Assembly: GCA_013911655.1 (NCBI GenBank)
Contig: JACESU010000002.1
Coordinates: 64,901 to 128,900 of the forward strand
Length of the DNA: 64,000 bases
Source of the DNA: Alphaproteobacteria bacterium
Lineage (GTDB): Bacteria; Pseudomonadota; Alphaproteobacteria; Caedimonadales; UBA1908
Reading direction: 5' to 3'
The position numbers were made by a program, and so were the translations under genes. Each line of letters opens with the position of its first letter. Position 1 is the first letter of the stretch. This document shows, in pieces, positions 8,401-17,147 of this stretch. The notes beneath the pieces are model-generated. The model had not been told where the DNA came from. It saw only the letters and a program-made list of their open reading frames with translations, and ran no database searches.

Positions 8401-10779
8401 TTATTTAGATAAGTGTTTGATGCTGGATAGGTATGAAATCCACCCCGGTGATTGAGCGTTTTGACCGTAGTGTTGATACACACCCATGTGCGCTTGCACA
8501 TCCCATGCTTGTCCAGCTGAGTTCACTGCTTGGGCTTTTATAATCTTTAAAAGTGGCGCCTTGTCCTGAAAGGTAGGGAGTGTGCTCAGGTGCTGAAGAT
8601 CTCCTAAAAAGGCCACTCTTTTTTCAGGGTTTGCGATTTGGGAAAAAACATCATTCAGATAGAACTCCCATGATGCCAAATCACCCATGGCAAAAGTAGA
8701 GACACTTGTGATGGCACGTGCGCGCGCTGCGCCGTCAGGTGTTGTGCTGACATACTTTTTGATGAACGACATTTTTCTTTTGCGCTCTGCGTCTCCCCAC
8801 TGTGGGAAATGAGCGGAGGTCGTCATTAAAAGAGCATCATGTCCTGATTGCACGCCTTTGAAGAAAAGGCCAAAGTTTGATAAGGCAGGATCAAGCGCGT
8901 TAGCAGCGCAGGCGCGGGCATGATGGTAACAAAGCGCCAGGACTTTTCCGTCACTAACCGTTTGCGCCATCAAGGTGATGAGAGGAAGCACTTGAGGGTT
9001 TTGGGCGACATCCATGACATTATCTTCGGCAAGAAAGCGCCTTTTTTCACCTGCCGAAAGACGCTCCATAAGCGGCTTCGTTGTGGGAAAGTCGGCGGCA
9101 GTTTGGCCTGACACGCGTGATAAGAACGTGGCTGTTTCTTGCAAGGAAGGTCCACCTGCGTCGGCGAAAAACTCAAGGTCATGAAACAGGTTAGGGTGTA
9201 CGTTGTAAAGCTTGTTGAGCTCGCGTATATGCACAAAATGCGTTTCTGGCGTCCGTTCTCCAGCCGTTAGAGGCAGGGATCTAATTTTGGAAAAAACCTG
9301 CAATTTTTGATCGAAGGGTGCCGTACGGAAAGCCTCTAAGCTCTGCCAGTATTGACAAATGGTGGGACCAAAATAGGAGAGATGATCATCAAAAAATGCA
9401 GCGTCCCGGGGCATGGTAGCAGGCAGAGTTGTTAAAAAGGAAAGAGCTTCAGGCAAAAGTTCGGGAGAAAGACCCAGGCCCATGAGTGCTTGGCCTTGGG
9501 CTGCGAAACGATCAGCGTCGTGAAGATGCGCGCTTGCATTTTGGATAAGCGTCACCCGTGTCCGTGCGTTTTGGACAGGAATGGCCAACACAAGGGGGGC
9601 CAGCTTTTGAAGAGTTTGTCGATTATCGGTCGATTGCCCGATTAAGGTCGGTGCAAGACCATTAAAAACCTTGAGAAGGGGGATGTTGACCATGCCTGGG
9701 GTTAAGACATCAAGGGTTTTTAGGCAAGAAAGGGTGTCGTCTGCCGCAAGACCGCCAAAATGTTGTGAGACCTTTGTAAGAAAAGCGATCTTTGTGTCGT
9801 GATTGTTGAGGCGGTTCATAAGCGCGAAAAGACTGTCTAATAAAGCACTTCTCATACCTGCATGAGCGCCCAGAATATGGGGTTGAAGGGCTTCAATAAG
9901 CTGCTCAGACACAGGATGTGATTGCCCCGCAACAAAGACAGTCGCAAGTCTTTCCATAACGTCTGTGCGTTCGTCACCCATAAGAGGGGCAAAGAAAGGA
10001 GTGAGAGTGCGTAGGCGCTGGATTCTTTGATCCATGGTGCAACCTGCAAAAGCGGGCTCTAAATCTGACAGAATGAAGGGAAGCTCAGTTTGGTCAAGGC
10101 CGCTTAAAAGGGGTTGTAGTTCTTCTAAGGTCCTGTCCATATCTTGAAGGTCGATGGCGGGTACAAGGGTCAGGAGGGCTTGCTGAACGGCGCCGCGGTG
10201 ATTGTTTGCAGTGCGCGCGAGAGTGCTAAGAATAATGGGGATATTTTCTTTCCTATCATCATGGTTGGCAAAGTAATCCAGAAAGGGAAGGGCCAATTTC
10301 AACATGTAAAATTGATCCGCTGGTGCGATGCCAAAAAGGGCTTGGTTGAGTGTGGTCAAAGCAGAGCTGATTGAACGCGCGTCAAAGGGCGCTGTGTAGA
10401 TACCAAGATATCTGGCAGTATCGGGCCAATTGGCGGGAAAGGCCGTGTTAAAAAAAGGACTCGCTGCGCCTAGAATGTCTACTTTTTCTTGTATAGAGGC
10501 GCCGCGCCTGGATAAGGGGGCTGTTTTGGTCAGGAAGATAACTTGCTCATGGGGATTGGGAAAATGTTGGGATAAATGAGGAGACAGATCTCTCAGGTCT
10601 GCTGCTGACAGATCGTCCTTATTAAAAACAGAGCGGGCTTTTTCAAGAACACTCTGCTCAACAAAAGGAATAGCGGCGGCGAGCCCCTTTTCTCGATCTT
10701 CCTGATCTGACGTGAAAGCAGGCGCCGCTCCCATAATCGTGCCACAAAGTAAGGCTAGCGCAAATACATTTTTAGTCAT
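8401..10779 (-). CDS. large hypothetical secreted protein, probably all-alpha repeat protein
   Basis: 792-aa uninterrupted ORF with signal peptide MTKNVFALALLCGTIMGAAPAFT. The composition is Leu/Ala-rich. Short L-x-P-containing helical segments recur (LQPLLSGLDQTEL, LEPAFAGCTMDQR, LTPFFAPLMGDER, LQPHILGAHAGMR, LTPGMVNIPLL, LAPTLIGQSTDNR, LAPLVLAIPVQN). No catalytic motif recognised. Confidence 0.8.
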   Translation of the reverse strand: MTKNVFALALLCGTIMGAAPAFTSDQEDREKGLAAAIPFVEQSVLEKARSVFNKDDLSAADLRDLSPHLSQHFPNPHEQVIFLTKTAPLSRRGASIQEKVDILGAASPFFNTAFPANWPDTARYLGIYTAPFDARSISSALTTLNQALFGIAPADQFYMLKLALPFLDYFANHDDRKENIPIILSTLARTANNHRGAVQQALLTLVPAIDLQDMDRTLEELQPLLSGLDQTELPFILSDLEPAFAGCTMDQRIQRLRTLTPFFAPLMGDERTDVMERLATVFVAGQSHPVSEQLIEALQPHILGAHAGMRSALLDSLFALMNRLNNHDTKIAFLTKVSQHFGGLAADDTLSCLKTLDVLTPGMVNIPLLKVFNGLAPTLIGQSTDNRQTLQKLAPLVLAIPVQNARTRVTLIQNASAHLHDADRFAAQGQALMGLGLSPELLPEALSFLTTLPATMPRDAAFFDDHLSYFGPTICQYWQSLEAFRTAPFDQKLQVFSKIRSLPLTAGERTPETHFVHIRELNKLYNVHPNLFHDLEFFADAGGPSLQETATFLSRVSGQTAADFPTTKPLMERLSAGEKRRFLAEDNVMDVAQNPQVLPLITLMAQTVSDGKVLALCYHHARACAANALDPALSNFGLFFKGVQSGHDALLMTTSAHFPQWGDAERKRKMSFIKKYVSTTPDGAARARAITSVSTFAMGDLASWEFYLNDVFSQIANPEKRVAFLGDLQHLSTLPTFQDKAPLLKIIKAQAVNSAGQAWDVQAHMGVYQHYGQNAQSPGWISYLSSIKHLSK

Positions 10780-10897
10780 GATTATTTCCTCCCTGTCTGT
10801 CTTTATTCGTTAATTTTCAACTTTGACATCCTAGCAGGTTTTCTTCTGAGTAAAAAAGTACTTTTTTACTCAGAAGTTAGATGAAAAAATCAATTAA

Positions 10898-11194
10898 CTA
10901 TTTGGAATATATGAACCCTTGAGGGTCCCTTTGAAAGGAGGCTGTTTTCTTTTTTACGGGTGTGATCTTTTGGTCATTATTTTTGTCTGATGGCCGATCC
11001 TTTTTCTTTTTAGGCACAAAAGAAGGTGTGTGATCGCAGGCCGCTCTGATTTGAAAGGTTAAAAGATCCGAACAAGAAGGCCAAAGAGGAGCACGAACCA
11101 CCCCAAGGTGTCGCTCCCAGTTCTCTTCAATGACAGAGCTTGCGTCACTGAAACAGGGCAAGAAAACGAGAGATAAGAAAACAGCTAATCTCAT
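10898..11194 (-). CDS. small hypothetical secreted protein (Lys-rich C-terminus)
   Basis: 98-aa ORF with signal peptide MRLAVFLSLVFLPCFSDA, several Cys residues and a basic tail (KKKKDRPSDKNNDQKITPVKKK). The only support is ORF length plus the signal peptide. Confidence 0.45.
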   Translation of the reverse strand: MRLAVFLSLVFLPCFSDASSVIEENWERHLGVVRAPLWPSCSDLLTFQIRAACDHTPSFVPKKKKDRPSDKNNDQKITPVKKKTASFQRDPQGFIYSK

Positions 11195-11365
11195 TCATAA
11201 ATCCTTTTTTAGAAAAGAGTTATAAGAAGGTCTCATTGTCCACACTCAAAGCGTGCTTGTCAAAAAAAACCGCTGACGTGCTAAAGACGCGTGAAAAACA
11301 CTTTTTATCGACATAAGGGCATCAAGTCGGTATAAGAAAAGCATGGTCTATAAAGGATGCCGTTT

Positions 11366-12667
11366 ATGCGTTTGCAGCACTATTTTCTTCCCACGTTAAA
11401 AGAGTCTCCCCAAGAGGCGCAAATTGTCTCTCATCAGCTGATGCTGCGTGCGGGCATGATTTGTCAGTCGAGCGCGGGGATTTATTCGTGGTTGCCGCTG
11501 GGAACGCGCGTCCTTCAAAACATTGCTCAGATTATCAGAGAAGAACAAAACCGCGCGGGCGCCCACGAGGTGATCATGCCAACCATCCAGTCAGCAGACC
11601 TTTGGCGCGAAAGTGATCGGTATGATGCCTACGGCGCCGAGATGCTGCGTGTGACGGACCGCCATGACCGCGAGCTTTTGTACGCGCCCACAGCAGAAGA
11701 GGTGGTGACAGATATTGCCCGGCGTTTTGTACGATCCTATAAAGAGCTTCCCCAGATTCTTTATCAAATTCATTGGAAATTCCGGGACGAGATCAGGCCG
11801 CGCTTTGGCGTGATGCGGGGGCGTGAGTTCCTGATGAAGGACGCTTATTCCTTTGATGTGGATGAAAAGGCGGCAAGGCTTTCCTATCACAAAATGATGG
11901 TGGCGTACCTTCGGACGTTTGCCCGACTTGGTCTCGCGGCGGTGCCCGTACGCGCCGATACAGGTCCCATCGGCGGCGATCTTAGTCATGAATTCCACAT
12001 TGTGGCGAACACAGGTGAAAGCCTTCTTTATTACGATAAGGTGTTGGACGACTTCATGGCTTCTCGCGGGGCTGTAGATGTGGATAAACTGATGCAAGTT
12101 TATGCCATGGAAGAAACCATGCATGATGAAAAGACCTGTCCCGTTAAGGCAGAAGATCTTCGTCAGGCACGTGGCATTGAAGTGGGTCACATTTTCTATT
12201 TTGGTACGAAGTACTCCCAAGCTCTTGGGGCCACTATGACAACGGCCGAAGGCAAGCAACTGCCCCTGCATATGGGCAGCTACGGCATTGGTGTATCGCG
12301 TCTTGCGGCGGCCATTATCGAGGCGTGCCATGACGAGCGCGGCATCATTTGGCCAGAGGCAGTGGCGCCCTTTAAGGTCGGGCTTGTGAACCTCAAAGCA
12401 GGTGATGCGTCATGTGATGAGATCTGCGAGGCCTTTTACAGCGCTCTTGAAAAACAAGGCATCAGCGTTCTTTATGACGACCGTCAAGAAAGCGTGGGCG
12501 TGAAGCTATCGACCATGGATCTCATTGGCCTACCTTGGCAACTACGTGTGGGGCCTAAGGGTCTTGCGGGCGGCATTGTCGAGCTTAAAAATAGGCGTAC
12601 GGGCGAGACTCTTGAAATACCCAAAGAGACAGCCCTTGATGCCCTTGCCAGCCGGTTGGAGGGATAA
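11366..12667 (+). CDS. proS: prolyl-tRNA synthetase (short form lacking the large editing insertion)
   Basis: Class II motifs [17 protein letters not shown] (motif 2) and [10 protein letters not shown] (motif 3). The N-terminus [13 protein letters not shown] is typical. ATG 11366 has AAGGA 8 nt upstream; the ORF track starts 3 codons earlier. Confidence 0.94.
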   Translation: MRLQHYFLPTLKESPQEAQIVSHQLMLRAGMICQSSAGIYSWLPLGTRVLQNIAQIIREEQNRAGAHEVIMPTIQSADLWRESDRYDAYGAEMLRVTDRHDRELLYAPTAEEVVTDIARRFVRSYKELPQILYQIHWKFRDEIRPRFGVMRGREFLMKDAYSFDVDEKAARLSYHKMMVAYLRTFARLGLAAVPVRADTGPIGGDLSHEFHIVANTGESLLYYDKVLDDFMASRGAVDVDKLMQVYAMEETMHDEKTCPVKAEDLRQARGIEVGHIFYFGTKYSQALGATMTTAEGKQLPLHMGSYGIGVSRLAAAIIEACHDERGIIWPEAVAPFKVGLVNLKAGDASCDEICEAFYSALEKQGISVLYDDRQESVGVKLSTMDLIGLPWQLRVGPKGLAGGIVELKNRRTGETLEIPKETALDALASRLEG

Positions 12668-13914
12668 TGCTACCTTCCCGCTTTGAATGGACTATTGCCC
12701 TTCGTTATTTACGCCCTTCTCGTAAGGAGGGGTTTATCTCTGTCATTGCGGGATTTTCTTTCCTTGGAATTACCTTGGGCGTTGCGGCCCTTATTATTGT
12801 GATGTCAGTCATGAGCGGGTTTCGTGCCAAGCTCATTGATAATATTTTAGGGTTTAATGGCCATATTGGTGTGGCGGCTCTTCAGTCAGGAGGGCTTACG
12901 GACTTTGATCACGGCGTGTCTTTGATCAAGGATGTGCAAGGCATCGTTAGCGTCACACCCCTTATTGAAAAGCAAGCCATGATTACGGGCCAAGGCCAGG
13001 CTACGGGCGCCTTGATCCACGGTATTCGCCTAGAAGATCTGCAAGCAAGAAGGCTGATTTCAGAACATATTGCTTACGGATCCCTTGAGAAGTTCAAAGA
13101 AAAAAACAGCATTGTCATGGGCGTGCGCATGGCCGAACGCCTTCACCTTTTTCCGGGTGACACTGTGACCTTGATCGCACCTGACGGTCAGTCCACTGCC
13201 TTTGGGACGGTGCCACGCATGCGCCGCTTTGAGGTCATCGCCCTTTTCGAAGTGGGGATGAGTCAGTATGATAGTTCTGTTGCCTTTATTCCCTTAGAGT
13301 CAGCTCAAACTTTCTTCAGGCTGCCAGACGCCGTGACGGGCCTTGAGATCTTTGTAAAAGATGCAAACCAGGTTCAGATTACCACGCACGAGCTGAAAAA
13401 GCGCTTAAGCGGTGTGCGCGTTCTTGACTGGCGCGAGGCCAATGCTCAGTACGCAACGGCTCTGCAGGTCGAGCGTAACGTGATGTTTACCATCCTCAGC
13501 CTGATTATCTTGGTGGCAGCTTTTAATGTTATTTCAAGTCTGATCATGCTGGTGAAAGAAAAAAGCCAGGATATTGCGGTTCTTCGCACCATGGGGGCGT
13601 CACGCGGGATGATTCTTCGTATTTTCTTTTTGGCAGGGTCCCTGATTGGTGTTGGCGGCATTGTGCTCGGATGCACTTTGGGTCTTGCCTTTGCCCTGAA
13701 TATCGAAACTATTCGTCAGTGGGTGCAAAAACTCACCGGCACCAACGTCTTTAACCCGGAGATTTACTTTTTGTCCCAATTACCCGCGATTGTTGATCCA
13801 AAAGAGGTCGTGTCCGTGGTGATGACGGCGCTTGTGTTGGTGTTTTTGGCGACCTTCTTGCCGGCCAGACGTGCGGCGCGTCTTAATCCCGTGGAGGCCC
13901 TTCGCTATGAATAA
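12667..13914 (+). CDS. lipoprotein-releasing ABC transporter permease (LolC/LolE family)
   Basis: 415 aa. N-terminus FEWTIALRYLR, a MacB-type periplasmic domain between TM1 and TM2, and a C-terminal FtsX-type 3-TM bundle. It overlaps the proS stop (TAATG) and is followed by lolD. Confidence 0.9.
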   Translation: MLPSRFEWTIALRYLRPSRKEGFISVIAGFSFLGITLGVAALIIVMSVMSGFRAKLIDNILGFNGHIGVAALQSGGLTDFDHGVSLIKDVQGIVSVTPLIEKQAMITGQGQATGALIHGIRLEDLQARRLISEHIAYGSLEKFKEKNSIVMGVRMAERLHLFPGDTVTLIAPDGQSTAFGTVPRMRRFEVIALFEVGMSQYDSSVAFIPLESAQTFFRLPDAVTGLEIFVKDANQVQITTHELKKRLSGVRVLDWREANAQYATALQVERNVMFTILSLIILVAAFNVISSLIMLVKEKSQDIAVLRTMGASRGMILRIFFLAGSLIGVGGIVLGCTLGLAFALNIETIRQWVQKLTGTNVFNPEIYFLSQLPAIVDPKEVVSVVMTALVLVFLATFLPARRAARLNPVEALRYE

Positions 13915-14608
13915 TCATCCAGTCCTTGTGCTCCACGATCTCCACAAATCTTACGTTCAAGGTGGGGGCGAACTCCCTATTTTGCGCGGTGTCCACTTTT
14001 CCATTGAGCCTGGCGAGGTCGTAGCCCTTGTGGGGGCAAGTGGGTCAGGTAAATCAACGCTCCTTCAAATTGCGGGGCTTCTTGATACACCCACAAGTGG
14101 GGATATTCTTATCGATGACGAAACATGCCAACATATGAATGACGATCATCGTACGGCCGTCAGGCGTCACAAGGTTGGGTTTATTTATCAGTTCCACCAT
14201 TTATTGCCTGAATTCACGGCTCTAGAAAATGTGATGATGCCTCTTCTCATTGCGGGAATGTCGCGCCGGGACGCCCACGACCGCGCCGTGACCCTTTTAA
14301 CAACCTTAGGCCTTCAAGAACGCCTCGCTCACCGCCCATCACAGCTTTCGGGTGGCGAGCAGCAGCGTGTGGCGATTCTGCGGGCGCTTGCAATTCAGCC
14401 CTCTCTTTTGCTGGCAGACGAGCCCACCGGCAACCTTGATGAGCGTACAGCCGGCATTGTTTTTGACGAGCTCATGGATCTTGCCAAATCCCACAATATG
14501 GCAGCCCTTGTGGCAACCCACAGCCCGTCTTTGGCCGCGAAAATGGACCGGATTGTTTATCTTCATGAAGGGGTACTGCGCCAAGATCCCCCCTCCCAAT
14601 CCTTGTGA
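13907..14608 (+). CDS. lolD: lipoprotein-releasing ABC transporter ATP-binding protein
   Basis: Walker A GASGSGKST, signature LSGGEQQR, Walker B LLLADEPTGNLD. ATG 13907 overlaps the permease stop by 8 nt. The longer ORF-track start at 13832 lies inside the upstream gene. Confidence 0.9.
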   Translation: MNNHPVLVLHDLHKSYVQGGGELPILRGVHFSIEPGEVVALVGASGSGKSTLLQIAGLLDTPTSGDILIDDETCQHMNDDHRTAVRRHKVGFIYQFHHLLPEFTALENVMMPLLIAGMSRRDAHDRAVTLLTTLGLQERLAHRPSQLSGGEQQRVAILRALAIQPSLLLADEPTGNLDERTAGIVFDELMDLAKSHNMAALVATHSPSLAAKMDRIVYLHEGVLRQDPPSQSL

Positions 14609-15693
14609 TGACGGACGTTTGGGCTCCACCGTGCCCCCTTTTTGGGACGTGCGGAGGCTGCAGCCTGCAAGACCTTTCGTGGGATCAGTACGCAGATTTT
14701 AAGCTTAGAAAACTAAAAGTCCTTTTTGAAAGAGAAAACCTGCCAACAGACGTGATCACGCCTCTTTCCATCATTAAAGGCAAAACAAGAAGGCGCGCCC
14801 TTTTGCGGGCAACGAAGGTGCATCAAAGCGTGCATCTGGGATTCTATCAAAGGGGGTCCCACGATATTGTGAACATGACGGCGTGTGAGGTTCTCAGGCC
14901 TGAAATCTTTGATCTTTTAACTCCTTTAAGAAAACTTCTGTCGTTTTTGATTCCTGCCAAAAAGCGCGTGGAAATCGAGGTATTACACACAGAGGTGGGC
15001 CTGGACGTTGTGATGACGGGCAAGGAGTTGCCAGCGCTTAATCTCTCTCTCATTGAAAAGTTGACAGCCTTTGCAGAAGACCAGGCCCTTGCGCGCCTTC
15101 GGGTCAATGACACGCTCATTTTGCAACGACACGTGCCCGTCGTGTCTTTTAACGGAGTAAAGGTTGCGGCGGATGCTAAAGGCTTTCTTCAAGCAAGTGC
15201 TGACGCTGATGCCCTTTTGACAGAAGCTGTTCTGTCCTTGTTACCTGAAACACCAGATACAGTCGCTGATCTTTTTTGTGGGCGCGGACTTTTTACCTTT
15301 GCCCTGAGGGCGCGTGCGCGGGTCGTGCATGCCTATGACAGTGATGATGCGGCCCTTGGCGCCCTTCGCGCGGCTGCCAAAGCCTTTCCTGGGCGCGTCA
15401 AAGAAGCGGCGCGCAACCTGTTTCAAATGCCCCTTAACGCGTCTGAGTTAAAAGACGTGGACGTGGCCCTGTTAGACCCACCGCGCGTTGGGGCCATGGG
15501 ACAATGTAAAGAGCTCGCAAAAAGTGCTGTCCCCCATGTGATTTATGTGTCCTGCAACCCCGAAAGCTTTGTCAAGGACGCGGCGCGCCTTGTGGCAGGA
15601 GGCTATACCCTTGAGGCCTTGCACCCTTTGGATCAGTTTTTGTGGTCACCCCATCTTGAGGTGATCGCCTCTTTCAAACGCAAAGACTCGTAA
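14605..15693 (+). CDS. RumA/TrmA-family RNA (uracil-C5)-methyltransferase
   Basis: N-terminal Fe-S Cys cluster CPLFGTCGGCSLQD, SAM motif DLFCGRGLF, LLDPPRVGA, and the catalytic-Cys region YVSCNP. Confidence 0.78.
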   Translation: MMTDVWAPPCPLFGTCGGCSLQDLSWDQYADFKLRKLKVLFERENLPTDVITPLSIIKGKTRRRALLRATKVHQSVHLGFYQRGSHDIVNMTACEVLRPEIFDLLTPLRKLLSFLIPAKKRVEIEVLHTEVGLDVVMTGKELPALNLSLIEKLTAFAEDQALARLRVNDTLILQRHVPVVSFNGVKVAADAKGFLQASADADALLTEAVLSLLPETPDTVADLFCGRGLFTFALRARARVVHAYDSDDAALGALRAAAKAFPGRVKEAARNLFQMPLNASELKDVDVALLDPPRVGAMGQCKELAKSAVPHVIYVSCNPESFVKDAARLVAGGYTLEALHPLDQFLWSPHLEVIASFKRKDS

Positions 15694-15702
15694 GGAGCAT
15701 CC

Positions 15703-16098
15703 ATGGCGACTTTTGTCTTTAACAAGCTTGTGCGCGATCTCATCCCAGACATGCTTGGCATGAAGGGACACCAGGTCGAGGTGCGTCCTCTTAATGCGGG
15801 GGAGCTTGAGCACGCCCTTCTTGCAAAACTTCAAGAAGAGGTCAAAGAGCTTTGTGAGGAAAAGACTCAAGAAGGTCGCCTTCAAGAATTGGCCGATGTG
15901 AGAGAGGTTTTAGACGCCCTTATGGCCCTTTGGCAGATAGAGTCATCCCAGGTGGAAAAGGCGCGCCTTGAAAAAGTAGAACGACACGGCGCGTTTTATA
16001 AAGGCGTTTTTGTCGAGGTCGTTAAGATCGATGATGACTGCCTGGGTGATCTTGCCTATCTCAGAAGTAATGCTAACAAATACAGAGAAATATTATAA
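15703..16098 (+). CDS. MazG-superfamily nucleotide pyrophosphohydrolase-like protein
   Basis: 131 aa. The N-terminal FNKLVRDLIPD and the acidic helices (LQEEVKEL, ELADVREVLDAL) match my recollection of phosphoribosyl-ATP-pyrophosphohydrolase-like house-cleaning NTPases. Confidence 0.55.
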   Translation: MATFVFNKLVRDLIPDMLGMKGHQVEVRPLNAGELEHALLAKLQEEVKELCEEKTQEGRLQELADVREVLDALMALWQIESSQVEKARLEKVERHGAFYKGVFVEVVKIDDDCLGDLAYLRSNANKYREIL

Positions 16099-16164
16099 AA
16101 GAAATTTTATAAAGCACTAGAGTGTTCAAATTTTACATAATAAAAAATAAAAAATAAAAAAAAT

Positions 16165-16192
16165 TTGACAACAAATATGTACTTTTTATAAT
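16165..16192 (+). promoter_or_regulatory. near-consensus sigma-70-type promoter
   Basis: TTGACA (16165-16170), a 16-nt spacer, then TATAAT (16187-16192). It sits inside a very AT-rich spacer with A-tracts upstream (UP-like) and lies 78 nt upstream of the 16270 start. Confidence 0.5.
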
Positions 16193-16269
16193 GTCAAAAA
16201 TAGGGCCAAACATGTTTTTAAAAAATTAAAATAATAGTATTAAGATAGTAATAAAATAGGATTGAATTA

Positions 16270-17091
16270 ATGATTATTAAGATATCGACATTTTCTTCAT
16301 TTAAAATCGGTTTTGCGATCTTTTGTCTAGGTTTTTCAATTTTGGCAAAAGCATCAGATGGAATTGTAGAGGGTGCTAGCACCTCTTATTCTGTTAGAAA
16401 TCTTACCAGAAGATTTGAGGTAGATGCCAATAATTTCCAACAAAAAATGCCCGTAAAAGTAGTGAAAAATAAGTCTACATGGATAGGAAAGTTAACAGAA
16501 AATTTTGAACAAGATGCGCAACATGTTGTCACGTATGAAGAACTTCAAACAGATCTAACTTTTATGCATGAAACAAACGATTTTGCGGGCTATCAAGTAT
16601 GTCTGCCAAAAGCGTCTTTGACGCTCTCTCCCCCTTCTTTATCAGCACTTCAAAATTGGTTGGTACGTCGTAATAGCGCGGGTGAGAGGTTTACATATGA
16701 AAACGTAGAGTTTGCTGAAGCAGAAGGGTACCATTGGGGGCCAGCTGCTAAAAACAATATTGTTCATAAGAATATCGAACCAACGCTGATAATTGCACAA
16801 ATTCAGTTTACTTACGGAGATCCAATTTTGTCTTTAACTTACAAAGTTGAAGGTAAAAAGGATGCAACTGGTCAAACTTTTAAATATACGCCGCTTCTTT
16901 ACACTCCTTGTGGTATTCCTAATATGGTCGCTTATGAGTACGAAGACACGGCAACAGGCGAAATGAAACGTATATCATGCAAAGGAAAAATTCACGAAAC
17001 GGTAGATATACTAGATCCAAAGAACTTTAAAGTGTTTTTTGATGATCGCCATTACGTTGTAAAAACAGATCAATACTGGTTATATCATTAG
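16270..17091 (+). CDS. hypothetical secreted protein (AT-rich orphan)
   Basis: 273-aa ORF with N-terminal hydrophobic signal IGFAIFCLGFSILAKA. Codon usage is visibly more A/T-rich than in the flanking genes. No motif recognised. Confidence 0.7.
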   Translation: MIIKISTFSSFKIGFAIFCLGFSILAKASDGIVEGASTSYSVRNLTRRFEVDANNFQQKMPVKVVKNKSTWIGKLTENFEQDAQHVVTYEELQTDLTFMHETNDFAGYQVCLPKASLTLSPPSLSALQNWLVRRNSAGERFTYENVEFAEAEGYHWGPAAKNNIVHKNIEPTLIIAQIQFTYGDPILSLTYKVEGKKDATGQTFKYTPLLYTPCGIPNMVAYEYEDTATGEMKRISCKGKIHETVDILDPKNFKVFFDDRHYVVKTDQYWLYH

Positions 17092-17100
17092 ATTTTTAGG

Positions 17101-17127
17101 TGTCCTCAAAAGGCACTTTTGAGGACA
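17101..17127. terminator. hairpin between convergent genes (terminator candidate)
   Basis: GUCCUCAAAAG-gca-CUUUUGAGGAC, a ~11-bp stem, lies between the stop at 17091 (+) and the rnr stop at 17148 (-). A UGUUUUU run follows on the + strand. Confidence 0.5.
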
Positions 17128-17147
17128 GAAATGTTTTTAAAGGCTCT

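Noticed and set aside
7505-11365. I searched the flanks of the tRNA-adjacent block for a direct repeat of the tRNA 3' end (att-like) and for integrase or recombinase genes.
   Set aside because: None was found by eye, so I do not call a mobile element or genomic island boundary here.
11591-12331. 246-aa ORF on the - strand
   Set aside because: It is antisense to proS, which has class II aaRS motifs. It is a shadow ORF.
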